Shown here piece after piece: positions 48,199 through 60,689 of a stretch of DNA of 64,000 bases (within the stretch, counting starts at the first letter, position 1; each line of letters starts with the position of its first letter). The notes below the pieces were generated by a model that saw nothing but the letters and a program-made list of their open reading frames with translations, was not told where the DNA came from and did no database searches. Source of the DNA: Phaeosaccion multiseriatum. Its lineage: Eukaryota; Protista; Ochrophyta, other classes. The stretch is from assembly GCA_965112735.1 (NCBI GenBank), contig OZ218954.1:2418001-2482000 (forward strand), read 5' to 3'. The position numbers were made by a program, and so were the translations under genes.

Positions 48199-49417
48199 CT
48201 AATGCCTGACGCGGAGCACGGGGCCCGACAGTCTCGCGGTGCGAGGGGAGCGAGTGGGGGTGAGCACGCCTCGTGCCACGCCCTCCAGTAAGCCTCCCTG
48301 CGGTAACTGCGGGAAATAGTCGGTGAGAATGGTGCGCTGTCCGCAACTGCTTTGGCACTTGTCCTGGAGCTTCCGCATCTGCTCCGGAGACAGTCGCACA
48401 GACCCGATTGGGCCTGTTTGGGCAGCCGCTCGCTGCAGCGCCTCCTGCTCGCTCTCGTCGTCGCTCATGAGTAGATTCACTTCAAAGCTGCCACTCGCCG
48501 TCAATACACTGCTGCTACACACACTGCTCGAGCACACGGAGCAGATGCGCCGCACCAGGCCACTATCGCACGGTGCCGCGAAGAAGGCCGCCAGCTTGCA
48601 CACCACCCCCTTCAGGTCAGAGAGCATATCTTCGTAGTTGATGATACACACGCTGTCTGGCCCCTCTGTTTGTGCCATTTCCAGCCAGCCTGCCGTAAAG
48701 TCGAACCAGTCTCCGCCGGGCAGGTGTTTGCCCTCCAGAAACACTTAAAAAAATGGTTCCAGCTCCCCTGTCAGAGGGGGTGGTTGAGCCGAGTAAGAAG
48801 CGCGGAGGCGAGAGTGACGACACAAACACGCATTGAATGGGGTACACGGCGCTACTGGTCGACTGCTCGGCTTCCCCCGACCCCCCCACCTCCTTCCGCT
48901 CACGTACCTCGTACTGACAGACGGGGTCGTTTCTGTACAGATCAATCATGAGAGTGCCGGGGTCCCTGACAACCACGACGCTCTTGGTCTTGGCCTCGGA
49001 GAACAAGCAAGGGCAGAGGTAAGAGCTCAGATGCGATTTGAACACTCTCCTCCCGCACGCAGGCTTCCACGACTCCAAGGAATCTATTCCTGTCTGTTTT
49101 GTTCTGTGTGAGGCCGGCCGATCATCAACGTAACAAAGAGGCCGAGAAGTGAGGGCCATACAGTCGTTAGGATTGGCAGCCCACTCCAAGCTCGCACGAA
49201 TGTGGTTATGGCATTGTCGTCCGGAGACACAGCGCGAAAAGGTGCGGTCCTACCTGGCCACGTAGACTTCGAGCACAGGGAGAGACGCTCTCAGGCTAAG
49301 CCCGTTCCGCGAGAGGCGCAAGCTCCAGCTGCGACTGCTACTTGGAGGAGGAAATTTCTCTACCCCCCTTCGTTCTTCACTTCTCCCACAAGCGAATCTG
49401 ATGCACCCCCCTAGCAT
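48199..49417 (-). CDS. Sulfotransferase-like protein (Sulfotransfer_1 fold), apparently lacking the 5'-PSB loop; possibly a pseudogene
   Basis: RVFKSHL, VVVVRDP, FLEGKHLPGGDWFDFTAGW and INYEDMLSDLKGVVCKLAAFF. No PKSGTTW-like motif found. Ends uncertain. Confidence 0.65.
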
Positions 49418-50003
49418 CGTGTCGCTTTGCTGTGAGGGGGCGGATATGGGGGGGGGGCGGCTTCCGGATTTGTTGACTTATTTGAGGACCAAAACGCCTT
49501 CGCCCCTCTCGCAAAAGTAAAGGCCCCTCCTAAAACTACCATTCATCTTAGCTTTGCCTCAAGTGCTGGCCCCGGCGCCCTTCACTATCGTGACAGATTG
49601 AGGAGCATTACACCTAGTGCACAGATGGGCAGAGTATGCGAGGAGAAATCTTGCCGGAAGCAGGTAACTATGAGCACCCTGACACACCCAACCCAGATCG
49701 AATTCCATTCTCTCTCTCTCGCGCTCTCCATCCAGACTCCCCTAAACTCTCTGCACTCCTCTAATGCGTCCTATACTTTTCTCTCTCTCTGCAGGCAAGC
49801 TACGCGTGTCGAGGGCAGAAGGCGCGCTTCTGTGTTAATCACAAGAAGGAGGGTGAGGAAGAAGGAGGAGCGGCGAATGTTTCTTATGCACGCCGCGATT
49901 CAGTTCGTCGGTCGCCGCCCTAACTTCCCACCCCCATCCCTTCCTCCGTTGCTCTCCTCTCTCCCCTGTTCCACCTCTTTCTCTCTCTGAAGGTGAAGGA
50001 GTC

Positions 50004-50904
50004 ATGGTTAATGTTGTCTCCCGTCTATGCACAGCCATGATTGGTGGCAACCCTTGCTCTCTACGGGCTTCCTTCGGATACGAGAATCGTCCCCCGACGA
50101 AATGCTTCTCTCATAAAGAAGAGGCCATGGTGGATGTCTCTAGTAGGCGCTGCAAGCACCCCGGGGGGTGCAAAAGACAACCAAGCTTTGGCAATATCGG
50201 TGTCGGGCAAAGGCCGTCTTTTTGCGCCCTCCACAAGCTCGCTGGCATGGTAGACGTGAAGAACCGGTCCTGCGAGCAGCAAAGGTGGGTGTTAGAGGGG
50301 AGGAGGTGGTTGCTAAGGTGGGCATGTCCATCTAAAAAGGCCATCGCGATCGTTCTCTCTTTCTCTCAGTTGCTACCGCAAGCCGATTTACAACACCCCA
50401 GGCGAAAGGAGGGGCAGGTTTTGCAGTCACCACAAGGACAAAAACATGACTATTGTACGAAAGACACGTGCGGGAGAGGGAAAGCGCTCCAATAAGCCAG
50501 GGGTGAAGGATACGACTCGCCGGAGTGGCCTGAAAACACGGTGCTCCCTGAAATTGCCTAGCCCGATGGAAGATAGGAAGTGCCTTGGGAGGGGGAGCGT
50601 GCCATCTTCTCCGAACACTGTCCCCCCGTGCGTTGCATTGGAGCCACCGAGTCCGGTGGAAGATGTGAAGCCCCTCTGTGTGCACCCCGTAGCATCTTCG
50701 TCAAACAGTGCTCCATGCATCACAGCACGCGAGGAGTCCAACCGAAAGGAGGCAATGCCTTCTCGGAGAAACGCCCAAGCATGCGAAGTATTGCCTGAAT
50801 GCGTGGCAGCCCTCGAGCAACGAGGCTTTTCTTATATCTCTTTCTCGAAGGCAGCGGGGGGGCTTGGTCCCTGGGATCTCCTTCGCTTCCTGGATGACCG
50901 CTGA
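50004..50904 (+). CDS. EsV-1-7 cysteine-rich repeat protein (3 repeats plus disordered tail)
   Basis: C..ASFG....P.KCFSHKEEAMVDVSSRRC, GCKRQPSFG...PSFCALHKLAGMVDVKNRSC and CYRKPIYNTPGERRGRFCSHHKDKNM. Intron at 50285-50369. Confidence 0.85.
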
Positions 50905-51717
50905 TCCTGTATCATCATGGTGTGGTAGGTAGGTTCCCTCGGCTTGAAGTACCAGAAAACGAGCGGGTTCAGCCCCGAGATTGTGTGAGAAAGAAAAGTC
51001 AGAAGCAGCACCAGCAGCAAGAAAGCTTGAGAGGTACCCTCCATCGCCTAGAAACGATGTTCGTGCAGTGATGAGGAGTTTCTTTTAACGAAACTGCGCT
51101 TCCTAGAATACAAGTAGTAGTGGTACGGAAAGAGTATAGAAGAGTATATAAGGAAGAGTATTGAGCTCCACCTGAACACCCCCAATCCTCTGCCGGCCAC
51201 GTCAATGGCAACCCGAGCTCCGCCCGTGCGCATCAACTTTGGTCTTCTCGCCGTTGCGGCAAAGAAAAGGGTCGCGTTCCGGCACTCAACGCCGTGGATA
51301 CTGTCGGCCCTCAGCACCAGGCAACGTTGTCCCAAGCTCTCCCTTTCTCTTCCACGAAGGTCCCGCCTCTCAACACCAGCGACCCCTTTGGCCTAGACAA
51401 GAACCCCGTCCGGACCCTGGCCGGAGCCTCGCTTTCCTCGTTATCAGTATCTCCTCTCCTCCTTGGTAGTGTGCTCCACCTTTCCGTGGTCTGTCTCCTT
51501 CGCCTCAGTGGGTGGCAGCACACGCCAAGGACTCTCTTCTTCTGACAAATCTAAAAGACCAAGGGGCCTCCCATCGGGGTGGTACCATGTACCTACGCAG
51601 ACGCCTCACCCCTCTGGCTCCCAAGTATGCCACCTCTTCCTCGTCTCTTCTCCGCGAGAAACGAAGTTCTGTTCTGCTGCACGATAGAACAAGCCACCCC
51701 GTCAGTCAGAAAGTATG

Positions 51718-51945
51718 AGCATCTGCAATCCACGACCGGATCCGTTGGAGGATCGATGGCTTCTGAAGGGCATACAAATGCGCTGTTCGCTCGTAGCCTC
51801 CGGTAAGGAGCCAACCCAACGATTGTATCTCTGCCGACGGCATCCACACAGACCATGCTGATAGCTATCCAAGGCCAGCCAAAAGCGTTCGTTGATATGA
51901 AGGTCTCATCAAACGAAGCCACGCTCTGGTCAAGGCCTAAACCTG
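51718..51945 (-). pseudogene. B9D1 pseudogene fragment (copy of the last exon of 35003-35858)
   Basis: TNAFGWPWIAISMVCVDAVGRDTIVG and CCTCCAACGGATCCGGTCGTGGATTGC match about 35410-35685 with deletions. Confidence 0.85.
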
Positions 51946-52413
51946 TCAAGCAAGTTGAATGATAGGAAAAGAAAGCAACAATAAGATGCGGGGAGAGGAG
52001 CATGAGGGAGGTCGGGAACAGTCTACCAGCGTGATTACCTGCTGGACCTTGGCACGGCTCGGAATGCGTTCACGCTGGACCCAGAAGAACCCAGGCGCTG
52101 CATCCCGGCTTCAGTGCGTCTTCAGCCGGAGGTGCAGAACCTGTCGTCCAGTCCTCCTTCACCAGCGGGCGAGCCGTCACCTGTCCACAGTGAAAGACCC
52201 TTCTATTAAGCCCGCTCCAGTGGATGACCTGGTGGTGGATTATTGGATTATTGTACATTCACCTTAGAAACTGAGTTCGGAGGGTGTAGCGGTAGGGAAG
52301 GTAGTTATCCGCTCGTCGACAGTTGCAGCTGCCGTCGGATAGTCCCGCCCCCCGGGGGATTTCTCGTGGGTGGATCGGATTTCGGCTGCAGTATTGGGTG
52401 CTGGGCGGACATT

Positions 52414-53492
52414 ATGGGGCGGTACAGGTGAGGGTGGAGCTGCCGTCCGGCCGTCTCGAAGGGCTTGCTCGTGAAGGGAGGTTTCTTGATTGCACGGTGC
52501 TGCTGCAGTGATGTAATTGCTGCCGGCAGGACCCTAATTGCACGCCCTTCCCCCGGCCCTCCCCCTTCCCATGCTCTCATCTATGCTCTGGTGCTTTGTT
52601 GCTCCCAGCTGTAAAACGGAGGATTCCTCCAAGACTGCGAGGGCTCGTGGATCCCATCTGCGTGTGCACTACAAGCACATGCGCGAGGTGGCCCACACCA
52701 TCAAGGGAATGAGCGTGAAGGTGGCAAAGAAGTTCCTGGAGGACGTGCTGGCGAAGAAGCGTGCTGTGCCCTTCACCATGTTTACGGGCGGTGCGTTCGA
52801 TTGAGTGTGGGACGTTGTCTCCTTTTTTGGGTCTTGTTTTCTATGTTACCGTCGTCCTCTACTCTAACCCATACCTCCTGTTTGGGCTCAAAACTCACAG
52901 GTATTGGGCGCCACGCCCAAGGGAAGCTGATGAACGCCCCCGGCGACAAGTGCCGCTGGCCGCAGAAGGCCACTCGCATCATCCTCAACTTGTTGCTGAA
53001 TGCCGAGTCCAACGCCGAGGTGAGTTGAGGGTTGAGGGCTGAGTGATGGAAGAAAAAGGACCGAGCCCCCAGACATCGCTGAGGGAAGAGAGAGTGGGGT
53101 GGAATGCCAGGGAGATATCGCTCGACGTACCCCTGGTGCTTTGGTCGTGATGTTCTTGCGCTCTGTTCTGACTCCTTCTTCTTCCACCACCCCATTCCTC
53201 CCCCCCCTTGGCCCATGTATTGTCAACGCAGCTGAAAGGGTTGGATGCTGAGGAGCTAAAGATTGTCCACATTCAGGCCAACAGGGCTCCCAAGCAGCGC
53301 CGCCGTACTTACAGGGCTCACGGACGCATCAATGCGTACATGTCTAGCCCTGCACACATTGAGCTGGTGCTGGGTGAGGAGGAGGAGAAGGTGAAGAAGG
53401 GCGACGGCGAGGGGGAGGGGAAGACGATGAAGCTCTCCCGCAAGCAGCTGGCCCAGCGCAGGCTGAAGCAAGGAGGCGGACTGGAAGCGTAG
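52414..53492 (+). CDS. RPL17: 60S ribosomal protein L17 (uL22)
   Basis: [38 protein letters not shown] and [23 protein letters not shown]. 4 exons. Confidence 0.97.
53040..53175 (+). ncRNA. Candidate intronic C/D box snoRNA
   Basis: C-like GTGATGG (53043), D' CTGA (53079), internal CCAGGG/CCCTGG stem, C' GTGATGT (53147) and D CTGA (53168) in RPL17 intron 3. No rRNA target identified. Confidence 0.25.
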
Positions 53493-53925
53493 CGGCACCA
53501 GCAGTGATAAAAGCAGCTAACACCTTACCCAAAGTGAGCCCAACCTTCTGTGGAGGAATTCGCCCAGCTCAGGCGTTTTCCCCCTTTTTCTGTGTCGAGC
53601 TTCAGCAGCATCGTCAAATTTCTGTTGGAAACGTGGGACTTCCTTCCCTCTCGGCAAGATGTGTCTCTACACCCGCCACGCAGCATAACGACCTACCCCA
53701 CCCTCCACTCTTTCGGTCTGATTTTGGGCCGTCTCTTCTCCGTGTCCCGTCATTTTTGTTCTTCGCACACGGGGCCATTAGTATTCTTTTTCATTCTTCT
53801 CGCTGTGGGCCAGTCCACCCTACATTAAGAGTTGCCGTCGGGGTGGGTGAGATGTCACCAGTACCTAAAAACGAGCTTTGCCGAGAAGGTGTCGAGTACA
53901 GCTACTCCTACGCCCTACTTTTGCG

Positions 53926-55349
53926 CTATGCAGTACTTGAGGCGGGTGTGGCGCCGTGTTTCCGTTTAGCGCCGTTTACCGTATTGCGCAGCAGCATGGC
54001 AATTGTCATTGGCCCAACTCCACCTGGCACGGGCGTGATCTTGGACGCCACCTCCTTACACTGCTCGTACTCCACGTCTCCCACGAGGCGGTACCCGGCC
54101 TTCTTGCTCGTGTCATCCACAGAGTTGATGCCGACGTCGATAACCGCCGCCCCCTGAGGATACGAAAAACACGAACGATACACATGTTGGCTGGAGGTCG
54201 TACTCTGCGCTCGTAAACTGGCACGGAAAGGAAACTCACTTCTTTGAGCCACTCGGGCTTTACAAAGCCTGCTCTCCCCACTGCCGCCACCACAATATCC
54301 GCCTCCTTCACGACCTCGGCGGGGTTGCTGGTGCGGCTGTGGACAATTGTCACAGTGGCGTTTCTGTGCATGAGCAACATGGCCACAGGGATTCCCACAA
54401 TGTTGGACCTGCCAAGAACTACCGCGCGCTTGCCAGATATTTCGACGCCAGACCTGAAAAGAGCGTGACAATGTTGGTACAGTACAAAGCATAGCAGAGA
54501 GCCAAGACGGGCACCTCACCTATCCAAGAGCTCAATACAACCCTGCGGGGTGCATGCAATGTGAAACGGCACCTTGTCGAAGTTCCAATCCATCTTCGTG
54601 CCCCCGTGAGTCCGCCCCGTGCACAGGTTTGCAACGTTGGCAGGGTGGAGGCCGTCCACATCCTTGGTGCTATCAATCGCTTCGAGAACAGTTTGTTCGT
54701 CGATGTGGGCCGGCAGAGGCAGCTGGGGGCGGGAAGGCAGAGGAGATGGGCCGGGTTGGGTTCAGGGAGCAGCGCCAAAATGCGTGCGCGTGGCAAGGCA
54801 GCTGACAGCTGACAAGTTCCTAGTTCACACCTGGACAAGGATTCCGTGCACGTCTGACATTTGATTCAGCTCTGCGACCTTGGCCAGCAGCGTTTCTTGA
54901 GAAACATCTGACGGGAACTCAATCCCCAAAGATTTGACGCCCACCTGTGGACAAGCAGAGCAAGCAGAGCAAAGAGAACACGTAGTGTTATGCCACCAAG
55001 CTCCCCCGGTCCACATCCCACCCTTGCCAAAATCGCACCTCTTCACAAGCCTTCTTCTTCATGCGAACGTATGTTGCCGAGTCTCGCCGCTCGCCAACAA
55101 GAACCACAGCCAAGCCAGGGGTTATGCCACTCGACTGCTTGAAGCTCTCGACCTCCGTGGCGAGCTCCAGTCGGATGCTTGCCGCGATGGCCTTGCCTGT
55201 GAGCCGTGGTTGCCCAACAAGGAGCGCGATTCAGAAACAACAGCAGCAACAAAGCAACAAGCAGCGGCAGCGAAGGGGAGGGAAGACAATGCCTCACCAT
55301 CAATAACCTTCTCTGCCGCCCCAGCAGCTGCTGATGCGATGGTTGCCAT
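53926..55349 (-). CDS. folD: Methylenetetrahydrofolate dehydrogenase/cyclohydrolase (FolD type)
   Basis: [66 protein letters not shown] and [16 protein letters not shown]. Confidence 0.96.
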
Positions 55350-55680
55350 TTTAAATTACTAATGGTCAAGAGTGGGGCGCAGATGAGGGAAAAGGGTTGG
55401 CGGCGTCGTTCGTGTGGTGGTGCTTCAGCCCCCTCGGGTGTCGTCCACAGGACCCCTCTCCGTTCAAACCCTGACCAGGTGGTGCAGGATGAGCTCCTAT
55501 GCTGAGGTGAGTAGCTGTGCTTGACGGTGGCTGCTGCTCTTGCTTGTGGCCGTGTTTGTGCCGAATCTGCTGTTGTACTGCTGCTGGCGGCTTGCCCGCC
55601 CCCCTCCTCGTTACTCTGCTTGAGGTTTATCCCTCCTTGGTTCATTGTCCACTTCAGCCGGCAGAGGGAGGCACTATAAC

Positions 55681-58238
55681 ATGGCTGGAGGCTCAGCTTT
55701 ACTCACACCCGAAGACCGACTGCAGTGTCTGTTCGACGTGTTTTTTTTGACAGAGATACGCCGCGCCTGCGTCCTTCCCCCTTCCATCCTCCTTACTTCC
55801 CCTGTCCCTCTTGTTACCGACAGCGAAAGAATAATTTCAAAAAGAGCGTAAGCCAGGATGAAGCTCGTCGACGACGTGAGGACACAATGATCAAGATTCG
55901 GAAGGAGAAGAAGCAAGAGCGGCTAGCGCAGCGTCGTCGTCAGAATGATCCGGATGGCCAGGGGGGCGGCCTGCAGGACGGTACCGGGTCGGGAGCCGGG
56001 GGGGCTGGAGGCGCTCTTTTACAGGACAACAATACTGCGGTCAAACTGATGCAGCTTCCCGAGCTCGTCGCCGGAGTGCTCCAGTCCGATCCCAATGTGC
56101 AGCTAGAAATGACCTCGCAGTTCCGGAAATTGCTCAGCATTGAGAGAAATCCGCCAATTCAGCAGGTAGGAGGTCGTATCGCGGTGGTGAAATGCGGCGC
56201 CTGTGGTGGTACCTAGCGCTACGCTGAATGAACTCTCGCTCCATTCCTCCCTTCCCCCCCCCCCCTTCCTCCTCGCAGGTCATTCAAACTGGAGTCGTCC
56301 CCCGATTTGTGGAGTTCTTGCAGCGAGAGGACATGCCCGCGCTGCAATTTGAAGCAGCATGGGCCCTCACCAATATCGCGTCGGGGACGAGTGACCACAC
56401 GCGCACGGTGATTGACCACGGTGCTGTGGATGTCTTCGTGCGTCTGTTGCACAGCCCAAACGACGACGTGAGGGAGCAGGCGGTGTGGGCTCTGGGGAAC
56501 ATCGCAGGCGATTCTCCTGACTGTAGAAACCTTGTCTTGAAGAAAGGCGAGTGGCGGACACTTAGGAATCCTCTCTCTTGAGTTGCCATGCACGTGAGCT
56601 TACTGTGCGCCCCCGTTGTTTGCCTCTCTCATCCAGGTGGTATGCCCCCCCTCTTGGAGCAGCTGAATGACAGATCGAAGCTGTCCATGCTTCGCAACGC
56701 TACGTGGACCCTGAGCAACTTTTGTAGGGGCAAGCCCCAACCGCCTTTCGAGATGGTCAAGCTAGCTTTGCCTCGCCTAGCAAAGTTCATCTACAGCTCT
56801 GATGAGGAGGTGCTGACGGATGCCTGCTGGGCTCTGTCGTATTTGAGCGACGGCTCAAACGACAAGATTCGGGCCGTTATAGAAGAGGTTAGTTCGTACG
56901 TCTCATATTTGGGCCATTCGCGCAATGTCATGAACACAGGCCGCCGTCAGACACGATACACTAAAGGACTGATGGACAACCCCCCCAACATGTGTCTCTC
57001 AGGGTGCCTGTCAGCGGCTCGTGGAGCTCCTAGTACATCCTAGTGCGTCGGTTCAGACACCTGCCTTGCGGACAGTTGGTAATATTGTCACGGGGGATGA
57101 CATTCAAACGCAGGTGCGACGCTCCTCTCACAGTGCCCCCCTCATGTCCACCACACACCCTGGCTCTTGCCCACCGATGGAGCTGTTGTCACGTGTCTGC
57201 ATCTCTTGTGCAGGTGATACTGAACTGCAATGCTCTACCCATGCTGCGAGCGCTTTTGCAAAGTCCCAAGAAGGGAATCGTCAAGGAAGCGTGCTGGACG
57301 ATATCCAACATCACAGCGGGCAACAGGGAGCAAATCCAGGCGGTGAGTCGGCTAGACGCGTCCGAGATGGGAGACAGACAGGCCGACTCTCTCTTCCTGC
57401 AGCAGCAAGGAAGGCCACACTGGCTTCTCACAACACTCTTTGGGCTCCCCACTATTAACAGGTGATCAACAATGGAATCATTCCGCCTCTCGTCAAGCTC
57501 CTCGCAGAGGCAGAATTTGAGATCCAAAAAGAGGTACGAGACGAAAGAAGCTTGTGTTCTTCTCTCGCCCTCTCTCTTCTTTCTCTCTCTCTCGCTCACT
57601 GGAGTCTTGTCCAGAGGCTGTTTGTTGTCCATCTTTCCCCCATTGACGACTGATGGTGCGTGTCTGTGGCAACGCCTGGGGGACACAGGCGGCGTGGGCT
57701 ATCAGCAACGCCACGAGCGGGGGGGACGTGGCTCAGATACAGGAGCTGGTTCGTTGCGAATGTATTTCTCCGCTCTGCGACCTGCTGAAGGTCCAGGACG
57801 CCAAGATAATAACAGTGGCCCTGGAAGCGCTGGAGAACGTACTAAAGATGGGGGAGGGCACAAAGGGGGGGCAGCCGGATGGGAGCAATCGCATGGCTCA
57901 GTTCATCGAGGAGGCGGAGGGTCTGGACCGCCTCGAGGAGCTTCAGACACACATGAATGAGAACATTTACAAGAAGAGCCAGAAGATTCTCTTGACGGTG
58001 AGTCAATGACGCTCGTTCTTGCACCAATTCGTTCAGGCCCTAACTCCTTGACTGTTGGTGCCGGTTCGTCCAGTACTTTGGCGGGGAGGACGAAGAGGAG
58101 GAGGCCACCCCACAAATTGCAGACGGGCAGTACGTGTTCGGAAATACCGTGCCACTTCAAGACGGGTCATCACAGCAGCAGCCGCAGCAGGAGCAACAGC
58201 ACCAATTCAATTTCGCAGGGGGTGGCCCCATGGGATAG
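55681..58238 (+). CDS. Importin alpha (IBB plus ARM repeats)
   Basis: [78 protein letters not shown] and [17 protein letters not shown] intron at 56547-56636. Confidence 0.96.
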
Positions 58239-58979
58239 TCTGCTGGTACCGCAGTGCCACACCCCATGGGATAGTCTGCTGGTACTACCGCAATGCCACA
58301 AGTGCCACACACGTCGCGTCCCGCGTCTAGAAATGAGGATTTGGCGTGAGCCTGCCCATTTCCCTCCGGTATGTGTCGCTGCTTCATTTCTCTTCACTTT
58401 GGAGTTGGAATCTCACTTGACCTCTCTGGTGCTCGTTTTGTCATCATCTCCAGGCCACCGCTTCTGCATCGGGCAGCCCCAGGCCAGCCCCCCCCCCCCC
58501 CACATTCCCGCCCTCTCCCTCTCCCCCCCCCCTCCCCCCTCCCGCGGCCGCAGCGCCGCCGCAGCAGGACCGCCCCTGCACCCCAACTCTCTGGGCCCCT
58601 CGGGGACCCCTACCCTCTCCGAAGTTGTGGCGTGTGGCATCACCCGCAGAAGTGTGTTCTTCGGGATGGCTACTACAAGCAGGAGGACTGAGTGGGGGGG
58701 GGGGGGGGCGGGGGTAACTGAAGCAGCGACTCGTGAGGCAGCACGGAGCAGCTGCTGCCGAGCCTAATCCACCCTTTGTATAAAACAGTCCTCTCCAGGG
58801 ATTGAAATAATGTATTTCACAGTTTGTGGCCAAGAGACCGCAAGCAAGGGCGGAGGCAGCCCACCGCGCCATGAAAACGCTGCACGCCCTTCCATTTTTT
58901 ACTCTCCATCGTGCGCAGTACTCAAAAGAGCAGAAAGGCAAAGGCACGTATTTTCCAACATCAATGGCCCTGTCCACCT

Positions 58980-60522
58980 CTACCTTTCCCTCTCTCGCGG
59001 AAAGCTGCGGCTGCGGCTACGCGAATAGCGCCCCCCCCCACGTCCCCGAGGAGACGGGCTGCGGCGGCGAGGAGGTGGGCTCCTGCTCCGAGAGTAACGC
59101 CCGCCGCGGCGAGGTGGGGAAGCGCTGCGGTAGCGACCACGGGGCGGACTTCGAGACTCCTGGCGTGCGTAGCGGTCGCTCTCATCCATCTAAAAGTGTA
59201 GACACAAAAGAAATGGGGCAAGACAAGGAAGGCAGAGGCATGAGCTCGCAGTGCAGACAAGGCTGCTATTGAGCGTCTCTGCGCATGGCCAAACCTCACC
59301 ATCTCCACGCGGATTTTCCTCTCCATAAAGTCTGTGCCGTCGAGCTCTCTAACTGCATTCTCCATGTCGCCGCGGTTGGAGAACTCGGCCACGCTGAAAA
59401 GGAGGGCGTTGGGTGAAGCAACACGACATTAGCCGAAAGGGGGGGAGGGGGAGAGCGCAGACCCGCGCCTTCGCAGCAGACGTGGAGCGGTAGGTCGGGG
59501 AATGGCCCTCATGTCTTCGGAGGTCTCTGTCAATGGTGACCGCAACCACACCGACTGAGCGACGCCCCCCAGCCGAATTCTCGTGCAAAGCCTTCTCACT
59601 CCTCCTGGAGGCTGCCTCATACCCTCTCAAGCAGCGTGAATCTAGCCAGGTCAGCCACCTTCGTTCAGTTGTTGTGAAACAACCACCAGAGGACCCCCTC
59701 CTGCTAACCGCTGAGCAGATGAGGAGACCCTTGCCCCCTCAAAGCAGGTAGTGGAGAGGCGGGCGAGGACGACTGGCAGTTGGATACGCAGAGAGTCGCG
59801 AAAGAAGACCACATGCAGCAGGAGCCACCGGGGGAGCCGACCTCAGACCACACATGCTCATACATAAACGTACCCCTCGTCGCCGTAAACATCTGCGAAG
59901 ATCACGTCTCCGACCTTCCGCGCAAAGTCCTTGAGATCGGTCCATCTGGTTCCCTCCGGTAATCCCAGCATCTTGGGGAGAAAAGGCCATCGTCAGGGTT
60001 TGCTCTGCTCCGAGCGGGTGCACTTCTATTCCAGTTAACAAACGTACCTTCACCTTGAATCCTGTGCGAGGTGGGGCTCGGCGCCGATCGTCCCCACCGC
60101 GGTCTCCGTACCGCCCGCCCCCTCCCCTGCTGTCCCCACCGCGACGCTGATTAGACTGGATCAAGGCAGAGGGTACACACACAGAGAGAGAGAAAGAGAG
60201 AGAGAGAGAAAGAGAGAAAGAGAGGGAGAGACAGAGTTGAAGAAAGAGATGGCCTAATACACAAATCCTTTTCCACCCCCTTTTGCCGTACCAACTCTGT
60301 GCGGATCGTCTTGTCTCCCAGACGCCGGCCGTCTGTAGCACGGATGGCCTCGTCTGCATCACGCGGGTCTTCGTACCAGGCGAAGGCGAAGCCGGGGGGG
60401 TTACGCGCCACCCACAGCTTGCTCAGTCGACCGTGCCTCTCGAACTCGTCCTTCAAATCTCTCTCGTCCACGCCCTCCACGTTCCCGATCCAAATCTTTG
60501 TTCCTCTGGGATCACCCATCAT
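58980..60522 (-). CDS. SR splicing factor (RRM, Gly/Arg linker, pseudo-RRM, RS domain)
   Basis: LWVARNPPGFAF in RRM1, RWTDLKD (SWQDLKD-like) in RRM2, and an RSRSP tail. 5 exons. Confidence 0.92.
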
Positions 60523-60689
60523 ACACCCCGTCCTTCCCTATTTTGTATTATGTTCCTTTCTTCTCTTGTTCCCTGTTTGTATTGTCCCTGTTCCCTATTG
60601 TAACAACAATATCCAACCAGCAGCCTGTAGGGACCCCCCTGGAAACGGACTGATTTTCCTCTTTGTTTTCTCCACTCTCTCTCTTCCTC

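Noticed and set aside
51066-51176. GTGATGAG...CGAAAC resembling a hammerhead core or C/D box
   Set aside because: The core has G instead of C, there is no stem II or cleavage triplet context, and no convincing terminal stem or guide.
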